Positions 55,401 through 64,000 of a stretch of 64,000 bases of DNA are shown here, one piece after another. Source of the stretch: Auanema rhodensis (taxonomy: Eukaryota; Animalia; Nematoda); the NCBI GenBank assembly GCA_964057225.1, contig OZ059898.1:2232001-2296000 (forward strand), given 5' to 3'. The translations under genes were made by a program, and so were the position numbers. How positions within the stretch are numbered: position 1 is the first letter of the stretch; each line of letters starts with the position of its first letter. The notes under the pieces were generated by a model. That model was not told where the DNA came from. It saw only the letters and a program-made list of their open reading frames with translations, and ran no database searches.

Positions 55401-56512
55401 CATACACTAATGCATCATTTTTCAAACGATCATAACTAATTTTTGTATTAAGCGTTTCTCAATGTAGTATAGTGCATTCGATGCGGATTTTTAAGCTGCG
55501 TCGATCTGTGTTATCAGATTTGCGCTAGCTTAAAAATGCACCGAGATATCAACTGATATAAGTTCACACTTATATCCTCGATTTTGACCCTGAAGAATTA
55601 ATTTTTTCGTTGAATAACATTGTCCATCGTCTTTGCCTTGAAAAAAGGAATCTAAAAACATCTACTTTTTGCTAAATTATTTTGAAATTTTTCGAAAAAA
55701 TTTTTGTCAAAATGTTTTTGGAAGCAATGTTGAGTGTACATGGAAACTCAACATACACTAATGCATCATTTTTCAAACGATCATAACTAATTTTTGTATT
55801 GAGCGTTTCTCAATGTAGTATAGTGCATTCGATGCGGATTTTTAAGCTGCGTCGATCTGTGTTATCAGATTTGCGCTAGCTTAAAAATGCACCGAGATAT
55901 CAACTGATATAAGTTCACACTTATATCCTCGATTTTCACCCTGAAGATTTAATTTTTTCGTTGAATAACATTGTCCATCGTCTTTGCCTTGAAAAATGGA
56001 ATCTAAAAACATCTACTTTTTGCTAAATTATTTTGAAATTTTTCGAAAAAATTTTTGTCAAAATGTTTTTGGAAGCAATGTTGAGTGTACATGGAAACTC
56101 AACATACACTAATGCATCATTTTTCAAACGATCATAACTAATTTTTGTATTAAGCGTTTCTCAATGTAGTATAGTGCATTCGATGCGGATTTTTAAGCTG
56201 CGTCGATCTGTGTTATCAGATTGGCGCTAGCTTAAAAATGCACCGAGATATCAACTGATATAAGTTCACACTTATATCCTCGATTTTCACCCTGAAGAAT
56301 TAATTTTTTTGTTGAATAACATTGTCCATCGCCTTTGCCTTAAAAAAAGGAATCTAAAAACATCTACTTTTTGCTAAATTATTTTGAAATTTTTCGAAAA
56401 AATTTTTGTCAAAATGTTTTTGGAAGCAATGTTGAGTGTACATGGAAACTCAACATACACTAATGCATCATTTTTCAAACGATCATAACTAATTTTTGTA
56501 TTAAGCGTTTCT
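49493..56512. repeat. 10-monomer (3510-bp) higher-order duplication
   Basis: Copies 142-151 and 152-161 both read a,b,c,cons,C127G,cons,a,b,c,d (a=A187T; b=C127G+A342G; c=A138T+A187T; d=T62G+T149+T171C+G181A). Confidence 0.88.
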
Positions 56513-56863
56513 CAATGTAGTATAGTGCATTCGATGCGGATTTTTAAGCTGCGTCGATCTGTGTTATCAGATTTGCGCTAGCTTAAAAATGCACCGAGAT
56601 ATCAACTGATATAAGTTCACACTTATATCCTCGATTTTCACCCTGAAGAATTAATTTTTTCGTTGAATAACATTGTCCATCGTCTTTGCCTTGAAAAATG
56701 GAATCTAAAAACATCTACTTTTTGCTAAATTATTTTGAAATTTTTCGAAAAAATTTTTGTCAAAATGTTTTTGGAAGCAATGTTGAGTGTACATGGAAAC
56801 TCAACATACACTAATGCATCATTTTTCAAACGATCATAACTAATTTTTGTATTAAGCGTTTCT

Positions 56864-59800
56864 CAATGTAGTATAGTGCATTCGATGCGGATTTTTAAGC
56901 TGCGTCGATCTGTGTTATCAGATTTGCGCTAGCTTAAAAATGCACCGAGATATCAACTGATATAAGTTCACACTTATATCCTCGATTTTCACCCTGAAGA
57001 ATTAATTTTTTCGTTGAATAACATTGTCCATCGTCTTTGCCTTGAAAAATGGAATCTAAAAACATCTACTTTTTGCTAAATTATTTTGAAATTTTTCGAA
57101 AAAATTTTTGTCAAAATGTTTTTGGAAGCAATGTTGAGTGTACATGGAAACTCAACATACACTAATGCATCATTTTTCAAACGATCATAACTAATTTTTG
57201 TATTAAGCGTTTCTCAATGTAGTATAGTGCATTCGATGCGGATTTTTAAGCTGCGTCGATCTGTGTTATCAGATTTGCGCTAGCTTAAAAATGCACCGAG
57301 ATATCAACTGATATAAGTTCACACTTATATCCTCGATTTTGACCCTGAAGAATTAATTTTTTCGTTGAATAACATTGTCCATCGTCTTTGCCTTGAAAAA
57401 AGGAATCTAAAAACATCTACTTTTTGCTAAATTATTTTGAAATTTTTCGAAAAAATTTTTGTCAAAATGTTTTTGGAAGCAATGTTGAGTGTACATGGAA
57501 ACTCAACATACACTAATGCATCATTTTTCAAACGATCATAACTAATTTTTGTATTGAGCGTTTCTCAATGTAGTATAGTGCATTCGATGCGGATTTTTAA
57601 GCTGCGTCGATCTGTGTTATCAGATTTGCGCTAGCTTAAAAATGCACCGAGATATCAACTGATATAAGTTCACACTTATATCCTCGATTTTCACCCTGAA
57701 GATTTAATTTTTTCGTTGAATAACATTGTCCATCGTCTTTGCCTTGAAAAATGGAATCTAAAAACATCTACTTTTTGCTAAATTATTTTGAAATTTTTCG
57801 AAAAAATTTTTGTCAAAATGTTTTTGGAAGCAATGTTGAGTGTACATGGAAACTCAACATACACTAATGCATCATTTTTCAAACGATCATAACTAATTTT
57901 TGTATTAAGCGTTTCTCAATGTAGTATAGTGCATTCGATGCGGATTTTTAAGCTGCGTCGATCTGTGTTATCAGATTGGCGCTAGCTTAAAAATGCACCG
58001 AGATATCAACTGATATAAGTTCACACTTATATCCTCGATTTTCACCCTGAAGAATTAATTTTTTTGTTGAATAACATTGTCCATCGCCTTTGCCTTAAAA
58101 AAAGGAATCTAAAAACATCTACTTTTTGCTAAATTATTTTGAAATTTTTCGAAAAAATTTTTGTCAAAATGTTTTTGGAAGCAATGTTGAGTGTACATGG
58201 AAACTCAACATACACTAATGCATCATTTTTCAAACGATCATAACTAATTTTTGTATTAAGCGTTTCTCAATGTAGTATAGTGCATTCGATGCGGATTTTT
58301 AAGCTGCGTCGATCTGTGTTATCAGATTTGCGCTAGCTTAAAAATGCACCGAGATATCAACTGATATAAGTTCACACTTATATCCTCGATTTTCACCCTG
58401 AAGAATTAATTTTTTCGTTGAATAACATTGTCCATCGTCTTTGCCTTGAAAAATGGAATCTAAAAACATCTACTTTTTGCTAAATTATTTTGAAATTTTT
58501 CGAAAAAATTTTTGTCAAAATGTTTTTGGAAGCAATGTTGAGTGTACATGGAAACTCAACATACACTAATGCATCATTTTTCAAACGATCATAACTAATT
58601 TTTGTATTAAGCGTTTCTCAATGTAGTATAGTGCATTCGATGCGGATTTTTAAGCTGCGTCGATCTGTGTTATCAGATTTGCGCTAGCTTAAAAATGCAC
58701 CGAGATATCAACTGATATAAGTTCACACTTATATCCTCGATTTTCACCCTGAAGAATTAATTTTTTCGTTGAATAACATTGTCCATCGTCTTTGCCTTGA
58801 AAAATGGAATCTAAAAACATCTACTTTTTGCTAAATTATTTTGAAATTTTTCGAAAAAATTTTTGTCAAAATGTTTTTGGAAGCAATGTTGAGTGTACAT
58901 GGAAACTCAACATACACTAATGCATCATTTTTCAAACGATCATAACTAATTTTTGTATTAAGCGTTTCTCAATGTAGTATAGTGCATTCGATGCGGATTT
59001 TTAAGCTGCGTCGATCTGTGTTATCAGATTTGCGCTAGCTTAAAAATGCACCGAGATATCAACTGATATAAGTTCACACTTATATCCTCGATTTTGACCC
59101 TGAAGAATTAATTTTTTCGTTGAATAACATTGTCCATCGTCTTTGCCTTGAAAAAAGGAATCTAAAAACATCTACTTTTTGCTAAATTATTTTGAAATTT
59201 TTCGAAAAAATTTTTGTCAAAATGTTTTTGGAAGCAATGTTGAGTGTACATGGAAACTCAACATACACTAATGCATCATTTTTCAAACGATCATAACTAA
59301 TTTTTGTATTAAGCGTTTCTCAATGTAGTATAGTGCATTCGATGCGGATTTTTAAGCTGCGTCGATCTGTGTTATCAGATTTGCGCTAGCTTAAAAATGC
59401 ACCGAGATATCAACTGATATAAGTTCACACTTATATCCTCGATTTTCACCCTGAAGAATTAATTTTTTCGTTGAATAACATTGTCCATCGTCTTTGCCTT
59501 GAAAAAAGGAATCTAAAAACATCTACTTTTTGCTAAATTATTTTGAAATTTTTCGAAAAAATTTTTGTCAAAATGTTTTTGGAAGCAATGTTGAGTGTAC
59601 ATGGAAACTCAACATACACTAATGCATCATTTTTCAAACGATCATAACTAATTTTTGTATTAAGCGTTTCTCAATGTAGTATAGTGCATTCGATGCGGAT
59701 TTTTAAGCTGCGTCGATCTGTGTTATCAGATTTGCGCTAGCTTAAAAATGCACCGAGATATCAACTGATATAAGTTCACACTTATATCCTCGATTTTCAC

Positions 59801-62479
59801 CCTGAAGAATTAATTTTTTCGTTGAATAACATTGTCCATCGTCTTTGCCTTGAAAAATGGAATCTAAAAACATCTACTTTTTGCTAAATTATTTTGAAAT
59901 TTTTCGAAAAAATTTTTGTCAAAATGTTTTTGGAAGCAATGTTGAGTGTACATGGAAACTCAACATACACTAATGCATCATTTTTCAAACGATCATAACT
60001 AATTTTTGTATTAAGCGTTTCTCAATGTAGTATAGTGCATTCGATGCGGATTTTTAAGCTGCGTCGATCTGTGTTATCAGATTTGCGCTAGCTTAAAAAT
60101 GCACCGAGATATCAACTGATATAAGTTCACACTTATATCCTCGATTTTGACCCTGAAGAATTAATTTTTTCGTTGAATAACATTGTCCATCGTCTTTGCC
60201 TTGAAAAAAGGAATCTAAAAACATCTACTTTTTGCTAAATTATTTTGAAATTTTTCGAAAAAATTTTTGTCAAAATGTTTTTGGAAGCAATGTTGAGTGT
60301 ACATGGAAACTCAACATACACTAATGCATCATTTTTCAAACGATCATAACTAATTTTTGTATTGAGCGTTTCTCAATGTAGTATAGTGCATTCGATGCGG
60401 ATTTTTAAGCTGCGTCGATCTGTGTTATCAGATTTGCGCTAGCTTAAAAATGCACCGAGATATCAACTGATATAAGTTCACACTTATATCCTCGATTTTC
60501 ACCCTGAAGATTTAATTTTTTCGTTGAATAACATTGTCCATCGTCTTTGCCTTGAAAAATGGAATCTAAAAACATCTACTTTTTGCTAAATTATTTTGAA
60601 ATTTTTCGAAAAAATTTTTGTCAAAATGTTTTTGGAAGCAATGTTGAGTGTACATGGAAACTCAACATACACTAATGCATCATTTTTCAAACGATCATAA
60701 CTAATTTTTGTATTAAGCGTTTCTCAATGTAGTATAGTGCATTCGATGCGGATTTTTAAGCTGCGTCGATCTGTGTTATCAGATTGGCGCTAGCTTAAAA
60801 ATGCACCGAGATATCAACTGATATAAGTTCACACTTATATCCTCGATTTTCACCCTGAAGAATTAATTTTTTTGTTGAATAACATTGTCCATCGCCTTTG
60901 CCTTAAAAAAAGGAATCTAAAAACATCTACTTTTTGCTAAATTATTTTGAAATTTTTCGAAAAAATTTTTGTCAAAATGTTTTTGGAAGCAATGTTGAGT
61001 GTACATGGAAACTCAACATACACTAATGCATCATTTTTCAAACGATCATAACTAATTTTTGTATTAAGCGTTTCTCAATGTAGTATAGTGCATTCGATGC
61101 GGATTTTTAAGCTGCGTCGATCTGTGTTATCAGATTTGCGCTAGCTTAAAAATGCACCGAGATATCAACTGATATAAGTTCACACTTATATCCTCGATTT
61201 TCACCCTGAAGAATTAATTTTTTCGTTGAATAACATTGTCCATCGTCTTTGCCTTGAAAAATGGAATCTAAAAACATCTACTTTTTGCTAAATTATTTTG
61301 AAATTTTTCGAAAAAATTTTTGTCAAAATGTTTTTGGAAGCAATGTTGAGTGTACATGGAAACTCAACATACACTAATGCATCATTTTTCAAACGATCAT
61401 AACTAATTTTTGTATTAAGCGTTTCTCAATGTAGTATAGTGCATTCGATGCGGATTTTTAAGCTGCGTCGATCTGTGTTATCAGATTTGCGCTAGCTTAA
61501 AAATGCACCGAGATATCAACTGATATAAGTTCACACTTATATCCTCGATTTTCACCCTGAAGAATTAATTTTTTCGTTGAATAACATTGTCCATCGTCTT
61601 TGCCTTGAAAAATGGAATCTAAAAACATCTACTTTTTGCTAAATTATTTTGAAATTTTTCGAAAAAATTTTTGTCAAAATGTTTTTGGAAGCAATGTTGA
61701 GTGTACATGGAAACTCAACATACACTAATGCATCATTTTTCAAACGATCATAACTAATTTTTGTATTAAGCGTTTCTCAATGTAGTATAGTGCATTCGAT
61801 GCGGATTTTTAAGCTGCGTCGATCTGTGTTATCAGATTTGCGCTAGCTTAAAAATGCACCGAGATATCAACTGATATAAGTTCACACTTATATCCTCGAT
61901 TTTGACCCTGAAGAATTAATTTTTTCGTTGAATATAATTGTCCATCGTCTTTGCCTTGAAAAAAGGAATCTAAAAACATCTACTTTTTGCTAAATTATTT
62001 TGAAATTTTTCGAAAAAATTTTTGTCAAAATGTTTTTGGAAGCAATGTTGAGTGTACATGGAAACTCAACATACACTAATGCATCATTTTTCAAACGATC
62101 ATAACTAATTTTTGTATTAAGCGTTTCTCAATGTAGTATAGTGCATTCGATGCGGATTTTTAAGCTGCGTCGATCTGTGTTATCAGATTTGCGCTAGCTT
62201 AAAAATGCACCGAGATATCAACTGATATAAGTTCACACTTATATCCTCGATTTTCACCCTGAAGAATTAATTTTTTCGTTGAATAACATTGTCCATCGTC
62301 TTTGCCTTGAAAAAAGGAATCTAAAAACATCTACTTTTTGCTAAATTATCTTGAAATTTTTCGAAAAAATTTTTGTCAAAATGTTTTTGGAAGCAATGTT
62401 GAGTGTACATGGAAACTCAACATACACTAATGCATCATTTTTCAAACGATCATAACTAATTTTTGTATTAAGCGTTTCT
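56864..62479. repeat. 8-monomer (2808-bp) higher-order duplication
   Basis: Copies 163-170 and 171-178 both read a,b,c,d,a,a,C127G,cons, with minor private changes in 177 and 178. Confidence 0.85.
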
Positions 62480-64000
62480 CAATGTAGTATAGTGCATTCG
62501 ATGCGGATTTTTAAGCTGCGTCGATCTGTGTTATCAGATTTGCGCTAGCTTAAAAATGCACCGAGATATCAACTGATATAAGTTCACACTTATATCCTCG
62601 ATTTTCACCCTGAAGATTTAATTTTTTCGTTGAATAACATTGTCCATCGTCTTTGCCTTGAAAAATGGAATCTAAAAACATCTACTTTTTGCTAAATTAT
62701 TTTGAAATTTTTCGAAAAAATTTTTGTCAAAATGTTTTTGGAAGCAATGTTGAGTGTACATGGAAACTCAACATACACTAATGCATCATTTTTCAAACGA
62801 TCATAACTAAATTTTGTATTAAGCGTTTCTCAATGTAGTATAGTGCATTCGATGCGGATTTTTAAGCTGCGTCGATCTGTGTTATCAGATTTGCGCTAGC
62901 TTAAAAATGCACCGAGATATCAACTGATATAAGTTCACACTTATATCCTCGATTTTCACCCTGAAGAATTAATTTTTTTGTTGAATAACATTGTCCATCG
63001 CCTTTGCCTTGAAAAAAGGAATCTAAAAACATCTACTTTTTGCTAAATTATTTTGAAATTTTTCGAAAAAATTTTTGTCAAAATGTTTTTGGAAGCAATG
63101 TTGAGTGTACATGGAAACTCAACATACACTAATGCATCATTTTTCAAACGATCATAACTAATTTTTGTATTAAGCGTTTCTCAATGTAGTATAGTGCATT
63201 CGATGCGGATTTTTAAGCTGCGTCGATCTGTGTTATCAGATTTGCGCTAGCTTAAAAATGCACCGAGATATCAACTGATATAAGTTCACACTTATATCCT
63301 CGATTTTCACCCTGAAGAATTAATTTTTTCGTTGAATAACATTGTCCATCGTCTTTGCCTTGAAAAAAGGAATCTAAAAACATCTACTTTTTGCTAAATT
63401 ATTTTGAAATTTTTCGAAAAAATTTTTGTCAAAATGTTTTTGGAAGCAATGTTGAGTGTACATGGAAACTCAACATACACTAATGCATCATTTTTCAAAC
63501 GATCATAACTAATTTTTGTATTAAGCGTTTCTCAATGTAGTATAGTGCATTCGATGCGGATTTTTAAGCTGCGTCGATCTGTGTTATCAGATTTGCGCTA
63601 GCTTAAAAATGCACCGAGATATCAACTGATATAAGTTCACACTTATATCCTCGATTTTGACCCTGAAGAATTAATTTTTTCGTTGAATAACATTGTCCAT
63701 CGTCTTTGCCTTGAAAAAAGGAATCTAAAAACATCTACTTTTTGCTAAATTATTTTGAAATTTTTCGAAAAAATTTTTGTCAAAATGTTTTTGGAAGCAA
63801 TGTTGAGTGTACATGGAAACTCAACATACACTAATGCATCATTTTTCAAACGATCATAACTAATTTTTGTATTAAGCGTTTCTCAATGTAGTATAGTGCA
63901 TTCGATGCGGATTTTTAAGCTGCGTCGATCTGTGTTATCAGATTTGCGCTAGCTTAAAAATGCACCGAGATATCAACTGATATATGTTCACACTTATATC

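Larger units (their letters stand above)
1..64000. repeat. Satellite DNA array, 351-bp monomer, ~182.3 head-to-tail copies, runs off both window edges
   Basis: CAATGTAGTATAGTGCATTCG recurs at 1, 352, 703 ... 7021, 14041 (exact multiples of 351), then at +1 register (21062 ... 63884) after a 1-bp insertion at ~20891-20897. No unique sequence or orientation switch seen. Confidence 0.99.

Noticed and set aside
1-64000. CRISPR-like or other repeat-spacer array
   Set aside because: There are palindromic elements but no unique spacers: the entire 351 bp is repeated, and no cas or other genes are present.
1-64000. Giant repeat-protein gene (351 is divisible by 3)
   Set aside because: The ORF track shows no frame staying open across monomers, and in-frame stops recur in every copy.
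1-64000. Pure assembly or concatemer artefact
   Set aside because: Hierarchically shared, position-dependent variants and near absence of indels fit a real evolving array. Individual duplications still need read support.

Overview
The whole 64 kb window is one uninterrupted, head-to-tail tandem array of a 351-bp AT-rich monomer (about 31% GC by hand count of copy 1): 182 full copies plus a 117-bp partial copy, all in one orientation. Copies differ from consensus by only 0-7 substitutions and I found a single 1-bp indel. This is eukaryotic-type satellite DNA, plausibly centromeric or pericentromeric; the organism and family cannot be identified from sequence alone. I find no credible protein-coding gene, RNA gene, CRISPR array or inserted mobile element, and no evidence for a new gene system. 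The two listed 63-aa ORFs come from one stop-to-Gln substitution copied by an 8-monomer duplication. The points of interest are structural and evolutionary. (1) The monomer is densely packed with inverted repeats. (2) One hairpin shows a compensatory double substitution, with the single-mutant intermediate also present. (3) Variant patterns reveal nested higher-order duplications of 4/5, 7, 8, 10 and 11/12 monomers, a block recurring about 24 kb away, and positional variant domains. Convention: copy n starts at 1+351(n-1) for n<=60 and 2+351(n-1) for n>=61; variant names use monomer positions of copy 1. Variants were read by eye, so rare ones may have been missed.
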